This document shows positions 17,163 through 26,548 of a stretch of 46,293 nucleotides of DNA, in pieces. Numbering within the stretch: the stretch's first letter is position 1; each line of letters opens with the position of its first letter. This stretch comes from a virus (Duplodnaviria > Caudoviricetes). The stretch spans positions 1 through 46,293 of the IMG/VR virus record IMGVR_UViG_3300020042_009326. The stretch is one strand, 5' to 3'. The position numbers were made by a program, and so were the translations under genes. Below the pieces are notes generated by a model. The model worked only from the letters and a program-made list of their open reading frames with translations. It did not search any database and was not told the DNA's origin.

Positions 17163-17257
17163 GGGGCCTACTCATGCCGAGAGGGGTACCCGTATATCGC
17201 CTGCCATGAGCTACATGGCAAAGCTCAACTATCGGTCTCCCGAACACTTTCGGCCCC
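17163..17257 (-). ncRNA. candidate structured RNA with loop-E-like motif
   Basis: GGGGCC/GGCCCC closing stem, GAA/AGUA internal loop, nested stems. Confidence 0.5.
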
Positions 17258-17262
17258 TGAAA

Positions 17263-18036
17263 TCAAAAGGGAGCAGGGCCGTTAGCTGGCGTGCTCGTTT
17301 CACCCTCATGCTTTACCTTGACGTCACCCGCGCCAATCGACTGCGCAAATTTCCTGGCAGCGGCGTACACCGTAGGCGACTCCACAGGACCCGTGCGTGC
17401 AACCTCCCAGCCAAACCACTTGCCCTTGTCGTTAGACTCAGCCGTGGTGGAGAGCAGGTACAACTGGCTGTACATTGGCGGCGTGAACACACCGTTCTTG
17501 CCAGACAGCTTGACCGACTGCATCATGGAATTCCACTTGCGGCTCTTCTTCAGCTGCGTGGATTTCATGGTGATGAGAGCAGGCTCAGGGAATCCAGAGG
17601 AACCAATTATCATCACGTAGTAGTTGGCGGTGTTCTCGATGTAGTTGCCATTGTCCAGGTAGTCCTTGTTATCCCCAGGCTCCCTGTGAGTCTTCGTCAA
17701 GATATCGCTGGTCGCAGGGTAGATGTGCACAGGTGCACCGCTTCCCTGACCGCGTGGAGTCCACTCAATGTACTGGCGCACATAAGCGCAAGGTATAACG
17801 GCGATACCCTTCTTGCCGTCATACAGCTCCCCCGTCACGGAGTTGAAAACCATGCCGGGAAGAGCGCCATCAACTTCCCCGACCTCCGGGCTGGTGTTGG
17901 TGAGCAAACGCAGGAACGGCAGTGCGTAGTCCTCCTGTGTCATGCCATCAAAACCCACCCCAGCGTCCTGCTCCAACTCACCCATGATTGCCAGTGCGGT
18001 GCCGGCCTTTTGTTCCGCAATTTCGTTCTTTGCCAT
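17263..18036 (-). CDS. putative ssDNA-binding protein
   Basis: LPFLRLL...SPEV, YIEW.PR, MKSTQLKKSRKWNS, NDKGKWFGW; C-terminal PF; located in the replication module. Confidence 0.7.
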   Translation of the reverse strand: MAKNEIAEQKAGTALAIMGELEQDAGVGFDGMTQEDYALPFLRLLTNTSPEVGEVDGALPGMVFNSVTGELYDGKKGIAVIPCAYVRQYIEWTPRGQGSGAPVHIYPATSDILTKTHREPGDNKDYLDNGNYIENTANYYVMIIGSSGFPEPALITMKSTQLKKSRKWNSMMQSVKLSGKNGVFTPPMYSQLYLLSTTAESNDKGKWFGWEVARTGPVESPTVYAAARKFAQSIGAGDVKVKHEGETSTPANGPAPF

Positions 18037-18053
18037 GATTCGATTTCCTTGTT

Positions 18054-18608
18054 TCAGTTTGATTTAATGATAGCCTTTTGGCCAATGAATACGCCAAAAA
18101 GCTCAGTGTCAACGGGCTGACCCTTCTCGACACGTTCCTTGACCCAGGCCTTGAGGGTCTGGGGCTCTATCTTCTGTGCTTGCTCGGCAGGGAAGCCTTG
18201 CGTGCCCAGGAGATTCAGTAGACGGGCGGAAAGCTCGTCTTCACCGCGCCCAAAGCGGACGCTGATGGTGTTCTTGATGATGTCGTCAAAGCCGTGGTTG
18301 CGCAGCCATTGGTACGCCTCTGCCTGGCGTGCCTTTGGGATGCTGGCACCGTAAAACGGCTTGACATCAATACTGCTGCCGTCCTCCATGACAAACTTTC
18401 GCATCCCTGCCTCGGCCATGGCCTCGGGGATAGTCTGCTCAGTAAGCTTTCGGTACTGCTCGCTGCGCTCGCCAAGCACTTCCTCCATGTCAGCGATCTC
18501 TTTCTCCAACATCTTGGCACGCTTGGCAAGCCCTGCAATACCAGCCACCTGGTCGTCAGCTACCTTGTACGCACCTGCATCAGTCTCAAACAAATTCGTA
18601 AGACTCAT
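18054..18608 (-). CDS. conserved replication-module protein
   Basis: IPEAM, A..WLR.HG.DDIIKN and PQTLKAWVKE motifs. Confidence 0.8.
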   Translation of the reverse strand: MSLTNLFETDAGAYKVADDQVAGIAGLAKRAKMLEKEIADMEEVLGERSEQYRKLTEQTIPEAMAEAGMRKFVMEDGSSIDVKPFYGASIPKARQAEAYQWLRNHGFDDIIKNTISVRFGRGEDELSARLLNLLGTQGFPAEQAQKIEPQTLKAWVKERVEKGQPVDTELFGVFIGQKAIIKSN

Positions 18609-18930
18609 CACTTTCTCCTTTCTTAAATAAATCAACCTCCAATGGAATGTAGCGGCGTTCCCGCTTGTCCCACTTGAGACACTTAAAGCGGCCATTATTT
18701 CTACTGGCAGCTACTGCACAGGCAATGCCTATGGCAGAGGGGTCACCGATGAGAAGCAGGTAGTCCTCATCGGTAAATTTCTCCAGCTTGCGCTGGATAC
18801 GGCGGACTGTCGGTACAACTGAGAAAGCAATTTGCGCGTTGGGCGGCAAAATGGTTTCGATCTGGCCATAGTCCAGAGCGCTTGCTATGTTGTGTTGCGT
18901 AGTCTCTGAGACAACGTAAACTTTGGGCAC
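18586..18930 (-). CDS. conserved hypothetical protein (GTG start)
   Basis: VYVV, DYLLLIGDP and LKWDK...Y motifs; AGAAAGGAG RBS. Confidence 0.8.
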   Translation of the reverse strand: MPKVYVVSETTQHNIASALDYGQIETILPPNAQIAFSVVPTVRRIQRKLEKFTDEDYLLLIGDPSAIGIACAVAASRNNGRFKCLKWDKRERRYIPLEVDLFKKGESDESYEFV

Positions 18931-18961
18931 TTGAATTTCTCCTTTCTTAGTTCCAGCCATC

Positions 18962-18991
18962 AGTGTACACTATCTTCACAGGACATTGCAA
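18962..18991 (-). promoter_or_regulatory. possible promoter in the divergent intergenic region
   Basis: TTGCAA-18 nt-TACACT. Confidence 0.5.
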
Positions 18992-19015
18992 GCCCCTGCC
19001 AGAAAGAGATACACC

Positions 19016-20467
19016 ATGACGCAATTTTTATCGACCTACCCCTTCAAAAACAAGCCTTTTGTCCATCAACAGGCCTACCTTCAGCGCTTCTGGGAGTACC
19101 CGGTAGCGGCCCTTTTTGCGGACATGGGCACTGGGAAAAGCTTCATGCTGATCAACAATGTGGCCATGCTCTACGACAAGGGCAAGCTCAACGGGTTTTT
19201 GATCGTAGCGCCAAAAGGAGTCTACCGCAACTGGTTTGACACCGAAATCCCAAAACATTTACCGTCGCACGTAGTCTACCGCATGGCCCTGTGGAGCGCT
19301 TCTCCCCGTAAAGCGGAGCAAAAAGCCCTGGACGAGCTGTTCACCGTCACCGAGGATTTAAAAATTCTGGTGATGAACATCGAGGCGTTCAGCACGGTTA
19401 AAGGCACGGCGTATGCCAAGCGGTTTCTGCTCGTGCACGACGCAATGATGGCGGTTGACGAGAGCACCACCATCAAAACCCCCACCTCGGCCCGCAGCAA
19501 AAACACCGAGAAGGTGGGCCGTGGCGCGCGGTTCAGGCGCATCCTCACCGGCTCCCCGGTCACCAAAAGCCCGATGGATTTGTACCAACAATGCGCATTT
19601 CTCTCTGACAACTGCTTGGATGTGAGCAGTTACTACGTTTTTCAGGCGCGCTACGCCGTGACCATTGAGCGCCAGCTCAACACCCACACTTTCAAGCAGA
19701 TCGTGGGCTACAGGCGCTTGGATGAACTCAAGGAAAAGCTCGACCGCTTTGCGTTCCGGGTGAAAAAGGAGGAGTGCCTGGACCTGCCTGACAAGCTCTA
19801 TGTCAAGCGGGAAGTGGACCTGACGCCGGAGCAGCAAAAGGCCTACAACGAGATGCGCACGCTGGCCCTGGCACAGATCAGCGGGGGGTTGGTGAGCACG
19901 GTCAATGCACTCACGCAGCTCATGCGCATGCATCAGATCGTCTGTGGCCACGTGAAGCTGGACGACGGCACAGTCATTGATTTGCCCAACAAGCGCATGG
20001 ATGAGTTGCTGTCAGTTGTTGAAGAGACGGATGGCAAGCTCATCATCTGGGCCAACTACCGGCACGACATTGAGGCCATCAAGCTGGCCCTGTCCAAGGA
20101 ATACGGGATGAACGCCGTGGGCATGTACTACGGCGACACTGACATGGATGAGCGCAAACGGGTGCTCGAGGAGTTCCAAAACTTGGACAGCGGGATGAGG
20201 TTTTTTGTTGGCAATCCCAGCACCGGGGGCTATGGTTTGACGCTCACAGCCGCCAGCACCATGGTCTACTACAGCAACAGCTTTGACTTGGAAAAGCGCC
20301 TGCAGTCCGAGGACCGCGCACACCGCATCGGCCAGACCAAAAACGTGACTTACATCGACCTGATTGCCGTGGGCACCGTGGACGAGAAGATCGTCAAGGC
20401 GCTGCGCGCAAAGATTGACATTGCAACCCAAGTGCTTGGAGAGGAACTCAAAACATGGCTCATTTGA
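19016..20467 (+). CDS. SNF2-family (SF2) helicase
   Basis: DMGTGKS, VDEST, LTGSP, GGYGLTLT and QSEDRAHRIGQ motifs. Confidence 0.95.
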   Translation: MTQFLSTYPFKNKPFVHQQAYLQRFWEYPVAALFADMGTGKSFMLINNVAMLYDKGKLNGFLIVAPKGVYRNWFDTEIPKHLPSHVVYRMALWSASPRKAEQKALDELFTVTEDLKILVMNIEAFSTVKGTAYAKRFLLVHDAMMAVDESTTIKTPTSARSKNTEKVGRGARFRRILTGSPVTKSPMDLYQQCAFLSDNCLDVSSYYVFQARYAVTIERQLNTHTFKQIVGYRRLDELKEKLDRFAFRVKKEECLDLPDKLYVKREVDLTPEQQKAYNEMRTLALAQISGGLVSTVNALTQLMRMHQIVCGHVKLDDGTVIDLPNKRMDELLSVVEETDGKLIIWANYRHDIEAIKLALSKEYGMNAVGMYYGDTDMDERKRVLEEFQNLDSGMRFFVGNPSTGGYGLTLTAASTMVYYSNSFDLEKRLQSEDRAHRIGQTKNVTYIDLIAVGTVDEKIVKALRAKIDIATQVLGEELKTWLI

Positions 20468-21159
20468 TCCCCTGGTCAACCCCGTATGTGTACGAAAAGC
20501 TTGAGCGAATTGACACGTCCAGCGGACGTGTATACAAACTCGCCGAAAACGTACATGTCCCGTCCGTGACCACTGTGCTCGATCGCACCAAGAACAAGGC
20601 TGCACTTGAGGCGTGGGCCCTTCGGATCGGCCAGGCGGAGGCGGATCGGAAAAAGGACGAGGCGGGGTACATCGGCACGTGGATGCACAACACGCTGGAA
20701 TGCATCATCAGCGGCGATGCGATGAAATTCGGCACTGATTGGTTGGCCATGAAGGGGCATGAAATGGCCTTTACCCTGGCCAACCGGTACTTTGATTCGA
20801 TCTCCGCGGTCCACGGTTCGGAGGTGGGGCTGTACTACCAAAACCGCTACGCCGGCACGACTGACCTGGTGGCCACGTACCGCGGCAAGCTGGCCATCAT
20901 CGACTTCAAACAATCGGTTAGGCCCAAGCGCCACGAGTACATCACCGACTACTTTCACCAGTTGGCTGCCTATGCGGTGGCGCATGACTGGCGGCACGGC
21001 ACCGCCATTGACTACGCCGCGGTGCTGATTTCAGTGCAGGATGGGACGACCCAGGAGTTCACCACCACCGGCCGAGAATTTCAAGAATTCAAGGCGCAGT
21101 GGATGGCCCGGCTCACTGCCTCGGAGGCTGCTGCGCCTGTGCCCCCGCCATTTGGCTGA
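20455..21159 (+). CDS. PD-(D/E)XK exonuclease
   Basis: PSVTTVL, GTWMH, YAGTTDL, IIDFK and QLAAY motifs. Confidence 0.9.
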   Translation: MAHLIPWSTPYVYEKLERIDTSSGRVYKLAENVHVPSVTTVLDRTKNKAALEAWALRIGQAEADRKKDEAGYIGTWMHNTLECIISGDAMKFGTDWLAMKGHEMAFTLANRYFDSISAVHGSEVGLYYQNRYAGTTDLVATYRGKLAIIDFKQSVRPKRHEYITDYFHQLAAYAVAHDWRHGTAIDYAAVLISVQDGTTQEFTTTGREFQEFKAQWMARLTASEAAAPVPPPFG

Positions 21160-24100
21160 CCGTGTCAAACGGGAAAAGCGATTGGAACATGGCTCGGGCG
21201 TTGGCGTTGGTTGGAGCACCGCTGCTGCCTTGACCAGGAGGCTTCGGCGCGGTGTCCGTGAGCCCTGGTACACCCCGCGTGCTGGGGGCTGTTGGTAGCT
21301 GGCGCAGCTGACGTGCTGCCGCGCCTTCGGGGGTGAAGGGCGACGTCTGAGGCGGCTTTTCCTCTTGCGCATTCAGGTAATTCAAGGCCGGGGTAACGGC
21401 GCTCTTGCCTACTGAGACGCCCATGGAGCCTAAAAATTTAATCACGCCGTTGGCGATGTCAATTTTCTCTTTCTCAGTGCGGCCCTTGGCAAGGAGCAAG
21501 GCCATTGCTTCGGGGTCTTTTATGGCGTTTTCAAAAACCGCCCGCACCGTGGCATTGGGCAGTGCATCAAAGATTTGCCGCACAGCTTTGGAGCCGGCAG
21601 AAGCTGCAATCAAGCTGCCCGGGCCACCAGGTGCGGCGGCTGTACCGATCTTTGCGCCAATGATGCGCAGGCCCAGCTCAGTGACGGCGTCAGCGCCTTG
21701 GATTAAGTTTTCAACGGGCAGATTGTTCTTGATGGACGTCTCAATGCGCGCCATGGGGACAAGGAGCTTCTTGAAGTTTGACAGCTCTTGCAGCGTCAGC
21801 ATGCCGTTGGCACGCATGATGTTGGCAATAGACGGCTGGTTGCGAGAGATCGGATCAAACAGCGCCGCCGCGTAGGCGTCGACGCTGAACGTCGTGCCGA
21901 CGTTAGGGCTGTTGCCCCCGGCCTTCGTGTAGGCGTAGTCGTACAGGGAGGATTTAAATCCTTCCACCGCATCGGGGCCGCTCTTCTTGGCCAGATCGGC
22001 AAGCTCACGAATGTCCCTGACAGGGAACCGCCCGGTCAGGCTGTCTGCAATCACTTTGGAGGGACTTTCAGCGGTCAGCAACTTGGCAAACGCACGCTGG
22101 CTGTCTGCAGTCCGGGACAGGACGCTGGTTTCCTTGGTCACTTGGGTGAGCAGGTTGGCTGCGTGGGCCGCGTCCCGCAGGTCACCCATGATGCCCATCT
22201 TTTCCAACAGCGGCGCGTTTTTTTGCGCAAACTTGGTGAGCTTTTCAAAATTCAGCTTTTGCACAAAAGACCCCGGTTCACTGCCTGGAACAACCGTTAC
22301 GGCTTCCGCAGCGGCCAGACGCAGAATCCGGTTGTGCGCATCGCGAATGGAGGCAACATTGCCTGTTGCGGCAACAGCCAGAGGCTTTAATTCCAAGGCT
22401 CGGGGGCTGTCAAACCCAAACTGCGCTACGGCGTCCCGATACTGCGTGCGCAGGAACGTAACAGAGTCCTCGATCTCCTTCATGCGCAGGGCTGTCTGAT
22501 CTGCGCTGCCGCTAAAGGCGTTTTGGACCAGTGTTTCCACGGGGATTCTGTCCATTCCGGTTGGAGTCACTGCAGTCAGCTGCCCGGCATAGGTCCGCGT
22601 AAAGGTGTCATTTAAAGCACGGGAAAACTCACGCGCCTGGTCGTACATCGGGTCCTTGAGCGTGTCCAAGTCCCGCATCATGCCGTCGGCCAAGCTGCTG
22701 TAAAAGTCCGCGTTGCTGCGTTGGCCAGGGGTGGCGGCAGCGTCCCGCGCCATCTTGAGCAGGGCGGACCGATAGCTCACCAGGTCCTGTACAGGCTGCT
22801 CTCTTATCCGTGGTGCAAAGCTCCCAGGAACTTTTCCGGTGTTCAAATAATCGTCGGTTAGTTTGCCCTCTCGAAACCGCTTTACCGCGTCTTCGCTCAC
22901 GCCAAACGACTCCATAATATTGCGCACTTGTGGCGGAATATTGTCAAACAACACCGGCCCCATTTCGGAAGCTCTTGCAAGAAAAGAATCAGCTGTTGCC
23001 GTGGGCGTGAGTTTAGGCGCGTTGATTACCGGTTGGTTGTATGTTGTGTAAACGGGCTTGTCCCGAAATCGGTCCCAGCCCGATGCAACCTTTGTTAGGA
23101 CGGTAGATTTAACGGGCCTGGTCATGGGCTCCAACGCTGCAATCCAAATTTGAGACTCGACATCCCGCCCTTCTGCCAGCGCTCTCACCGTCTCGTCTTT
23201 GACAATCCTCCCAATTTCTTGGCGGGCTTCAGGGGTGTCTTTGCTGATCTTGGCAATCTTGCGCGCAGCGTCAGCATTGGCCAAATCCAAGCGTGTCTGG
23301 AGGCCGTTGACAAATCGGTCGTAGCGCAATTTGCTGGCGACTTTCAAGCCTTCAGGACCTGTTTTTCCAAGCGCCTCAATGAGGGCTTGATATGCCAGCA
23401 TGGCCGTATCGCCCTGCGTTTTAATTTCCCCTCCAAACTCTGCGCGATGAGTGGCGAGCGACCTTTCCAGTTCCATTAAAGCCGGGCTTCCGGTCTTCTG
23501 CCCAGAAGTGGGCGTGGGCACTGTCCCAGGCAGCTGTTGGCGCAGGGCCTTGATCAGTGCTTCAGGGTCCTCGCCGTGTTTGGTAAGAATATCAAACAGG
23601 AGGTTGGCGGCCTTTTTCTCTGTAGAGGCGCTACGCCCAGAGTAGGCTGCTTTAGCTGCCTCTAATGCCGACTTACTGGCGTCGACGCCAAGCGTAAACA
23701 GCTTGCCCACAGGGGCCACGCCCGCTGCCAACTCAGCAGCAAGGCGGACGCCTTCTTGGCCTGGGCTATAAGCCTCCGCAGCGCCTCCAGCAATCCCTGT
23801 TGTCGCAGCAGTAACGGCCTCAGCGCCCATAAACACCTTGGGATTGCGACGAGCAACCTCTCCCATGGTAGACAGGTATGTGGCCACGCGACCCGCAGTG
23901 GGGCCTGCTATTGGCAGACCAAAGGTAAAAGGTGCCGTTAAAAGGGCTGAGCCGAAGGTGGTGCCGCCTTCAAAGTAAGGCTTTAGGCGCGGGTCGTCTT
24001 CTCCGGGGATTATTCCCGAAGCGGACTGCCCTGCCTCGTAGCCCAAATAGCCGCCCAGCGCCGTGGTGGCAAGTGGGATGGCTCCAGCAAAAGGCCCGAT

Positions 24101-24424
24101 GAAAGGCGCTGCTGCAGCAGCCAAAGGCATGCCCACTCTAAATCCTGCCAACGCACCGCCCAAAACAGGCGGATCACGAAGGCCGCCCTTAACAGCGCCC
24201 TGAAAAGCAGAGGCCGCTAGGTCCTTTCCCGTGGGCTCAGGAGGCCCTCCTGTCGGGAGGTTTATGTCCAGGGAATTCTTTGTGGGAACAGACGCGGGCG
24301 GGGCTTTATTAAACCCTGCAAGGGCAGGCTGGGAAGCAGCTTCAATTTCCGCAGGAGTAGGCTCATTTTCCACAAACTCCCCTGTTGGGAGGTTTATGTC
24401 CAAGCTGTTTTTGGAAGTTGCCAT
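21113..24424 (-). CDS. large internal virion / ejection protein (1103 aa)
   Basis: Last and largest gene of the virion operon; Ala/Gly-rich hydrophobic segments; helical. Confidence 0.7.
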   Translation of the reverse strand: MATSKNSLDINLPTGEFVENEPTPAEIEAASQPALAGFNKAPPASVPTKNSLDINLPTGGPPEPTGKDLAASAFQGAVKGGLRDPPVLGGALAGFRVGMPLAAAAAPFIGPFAGAIPLATTALGGYLGYEAGQSASGIIPGEDDPRLKPYFEGGTTFGSALLTAPFTFGLPIAGPTAGRVATYLSTMGEVARRNPKVFMGAEAVTAATTGIAGGAAEAYSPGQEGVRLAAELAAGVAPVGKLFTLGVDASKSALEAAKAAYSGRSASTEKKAANLLFDILTKHGEDPEALIKALRQQLPGTVPTPTSGQKTGSPALMELERSLATHRAEFGGEIKTQGDTAMLAYQALIEALGKTGPEGLKVASKLRYDRFVNGLQTRLDLANADAARKIAKISKDTPEARQEIGRIVKDETVRALAEGRDVESQIWIAALEPMTRPVKSTVLTKVASGWDRFRDKPVYTTYNQPVINAPKLTPTATADSFLARASEMGPVLFDNIPPQVRNIMESFGVSEDAVKRFREGKLTDDYLNTGKVPGSFAPRIREQPVQDLVSYRSALLKMARDAAATPGQRSNADFYSSLADGMMRDLDTLKDPMYDQAREFSRALNDTFTRTYAGQLTAVTPTGMDRIPVETLVQNAFSGSADQTALRMKEIEDSVTFLRTQYRDAVAQFGFDSPRALELKPLAVAATGNVASIRDAHNRILRLAAAEAVTVVPGSEPGSFVQKLNFEKLTKFAQKNAPLLEKMGIMGDLRDAAHAANLLTQVTKETSVLSRTADSQRAFAKLLTAESPSKVIADSLTGRFPVRDIRELADLAKKSGPDAVEGFKSSLYDYAYTKAGGNSPNVGTTFSVDAYAAALFDPISRNQPSIANIMRANGMLTLQELSNFKKLLVPMARIETSIKNNLPVENLIQGADAVTELGLRIIGAKIGTAAAPGGPGSLIAASAGSKAVRQIFDALPNATVRAVFENAIKDPEAMALLLAKGRTEKEKIDIANGVIKFLGSMGVSVGKSAVTPALNYLNAQEEKPPQTSPFTPEGAAARQLRQLPTAPSTRGVPGLTDTAPKPPGQGSSGAPTNANARAMFQSLFPFDTVSQMAGAQAQQPPRQ

Positions 24425-26536
24425 TTACTTACCTTTAGCGGCTGGTTTTTTTTCACGGATTACTTTAAACCCCTTCGGGTCAAGGACAATGTATTGTCCA
24501 GGTGGCAGCTTTGCCCACCTATTGCGGTCTTCGTCTGAATTGTAGTCCGGAGCAATCGGCAAGAATGTGCGTTGTTGAATCCCCAGCATTTCACGCACTG
24601 CACTAATCTCTTCAAGTTTCTTAGCAGCATCATTACGAAACTGAATTCCTGTTTTTACATTGTTAAATATTCCGTAAGTTTTTTGTTCAATTTTTTCAAA
24701 CGAGTTATCTAGTGAAATAATTCTGTTTATAAACGCTGATTTGTTAGTAAAAAGTTCTGGTGATATGTCCAAGTCTTTTTTAATCATTACGCGCTCGCCT
24801 TCTGCAAAGCGGGGGTTTTCCTGTAGCACGTTAACAACGCGGTTAGACATATCCGTAATCATTGATGTGGCCTGTTGAAAATCAGAACGAATCTGGCCCG
24901 CTGCGTCCAACGGCACATTGCGTGCAACGCCTGCCACCAACACAGGCACAAAGCCCGTACCAAAGCCGGCCAAGTCAAAAAAAGTGCTTCTTGGTGCGGT
25001 ACTGGCTACTTGGTAAATTTCAGGACTACTGTCGTTAGGCGTCAGCCCTAAAGAGGGGGCGGCCCCTCCTGGTGCAGGGCGGCTTCCTGATGCGGCGGAC
25101 CCTCCAAAAGAAGTCGTGGTGCTTGGCTTGGGAGCATATTTTCCCAAGGCTTCCCGGACAAAATCTGGCAGTTCGTTGCGCTGTGTGCGAAGGGTCTTGA
25201 GGCCTGTTGCGGGGTCCACGTACTCCACCGTAGTGGGCTGCGTGTAGTCCGTGACGGCGGCCATGAAGGCGTTGCGCTGCTCGGGGTCCAACGAGCCCTC
25301 TTTGAACAGCGGGGCAAATTGAATGAGGGCGTTCAGGATGTCGCCTTTGCTGCCCGCGCCAAGAGGGCCTTTTTTAGGAGTACCAGCTGCTTTAGCGGTA
25401 GCTGCTGCTATTCGAGCTTTCCCTGCAACGTCGGCAGCGTCAACTTTTCCTTGGGCAGTGAGCACCTGATTCATCAGAGCGCCCTTGCGTTTTTGCAGCT
25501 CACTATTCTCAGCGGTGACCTGATCAATGTCCTTTTCGCCTTGTTGCAGCGCCAGCACTTTAAGCTGCCGGTCAATCTTCGCAATTTCGTCAATGCGCTT
25601 GCCCATGGCAGCGGGCAATGTTTGAGTAGCGCCCGCCAAACGCGAAAGGAAACTGCCCGTCAACGGACGTCCCGCGTCGTCTCTGTTTGCAGCAAAGCCA
25701 AAGGCCCGTTGTCCTAGATCAAACAACAGCTGCGCCTGCGATGCATCTTTGTCTGGCCCTAAAAGTTTGGTGTACTCAGGCAAGCGCGCCAACATGGCAG
25801 CCGACAAAGTAGGCGCTACAGTTGCTTGCCTGTTGAAAAGTTCCGTTGACGCTTTCCGGGCCGCTGCCACAAGGTCAGCCGGATACCGTGTCAAATCTTC
25901 AGCAGGAACGGCCTCGTCAACAGGGGTGACGCCGTTCTCGTCAGTCCCTACTTGAAAATTTTGTACATACCCGCCGCGTGCCATGCCCATGGGCGGAGGC
26001 ATCGGGGCACCACCGCCAGGAGGCGGTGGCGGCATTGGGGGCATACCGGGTGCACCTCCGCCAAGGCCGGCCATCAGCTCTGCAATACCGCCTTGCGCGG
26101 GAGGCGGGGGCATGCCCGCATCAGGAGGCATTGGGGGCATACCGGGAGGCGGCATGCCAGGAGCGCCGCCCATCATCGGGGGCTGTGGTCCTTGAGCCAT
26201 GGGCTGTGATTGGGGCAGCGCGCCAATCCCGCCACCGCCCTGCTGCGCAAGAATAGGCTGCAGCATCGCCAGCACCTGCTCAGGCGTCTCAGTAGCGGCC
26301 TGGTAGCCCACGAGGTCAGCCAGTTCGTCACGACGAGCGTCGATAGAGCGCATGTCGCCCCGCAAGTTGTTCATCAGGATTTCAGGAGAGTCAGGGCGAC
26401 GCTCCATCATCATTGCAGCGCTCTCTCCGCCTTCCTCGTCGTCCGCATCCTCATCTGCAACCATGGAATCCATGAATCCTTTCATGATCCCTATGTTCTC
26501 GACGTCGTCGTTTTCGCGCATCATTTTTCTGTTCAT
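24425..26536 (-). CDS. internal virion / ejection protein (703 aa)
   Basis: Position; Pro/Gly/Met-rich linker; MARGG motif; coiled-coil region. Confidence 0.65.
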   Translation of the reverse strand: MNRKMMRENDDVENIGIMKGFMDSMVADEDADDEEGGESAAMMMERRPDSPEILMNNLRGDMRSIDARRDELADLVGYQAATETPEQVLAMLQPILAQQGGGGIGALPQSQPMAQGPQPPMMGGAPGMPPPGMPPMPPDAGMPPPPAQGGIAELMAGLGGGAPGMPPMPPPPPGGGAPMPPPMGMARGGYVQNFQVGTDENGVTPVDEAVPAEDLTRYPADLVAAARKASTELFNRQATVAPTLSAAMLARLPEYTKLLGPDKDASQAQLLFDLGQRAFGFAANRDDAGRPLTGSFLSRLAGATQTLPAAMGKRIDEIAKIDRQLKVLALQQGEKDIDQVTAENSELQKRKGALMNQVLTAQGKVDAADVAGKARIAAATAKAAGTPKKGPLGAGSKGDILNALIQFAPLFKEGSLDPEQRNAFMAAVTDYTQPTTVEYVDPATGLKTLRTQRNELPDFVREALGKYAPKPSTTTSFGGSAASGSRPAPGGAAPSLGLTPNDSSPEIYQVASTAPRSTFFDLAGFGTGFVPVLVAGVARNVPLDAAGQIRSDFQQATSMITDMSNRVVNVLQENPRFAEGERVMIKKDLDISPELFTNKSAFINRIISLDNSFEKIEQKTYGIFNNVKTGIQFRNDAAKKLEEISAVREMLGIQQRTFLPIAPDYNSDEDRNRWAKLPPGQYIVLDPKGFKVIREKKPAAKGK

Positions 26537-26548
26537 ATTGACCTCTTA

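Noticed and set aside
17163-17257. tRNA or hammerhead ribozyme
   Set aside because: No cloverleaf or T-loop consensus; GAAA is present but the CUGANGA core is missing
16816-18120. 434-aa plus-strand ORF
   Set aside because: Antisense to the primase and SSB-like genes; no RBS or domain signal
20455-21159. Exonuclease as Cas4
   Set aside because: Lacks the four-Cys Fe-S pattern and sits in ordinary replication context
21113-21159. 47-bp convergent gene overlap
   Set aside because: Both overlapping tails are low-complexity; this is common where phage operons converge
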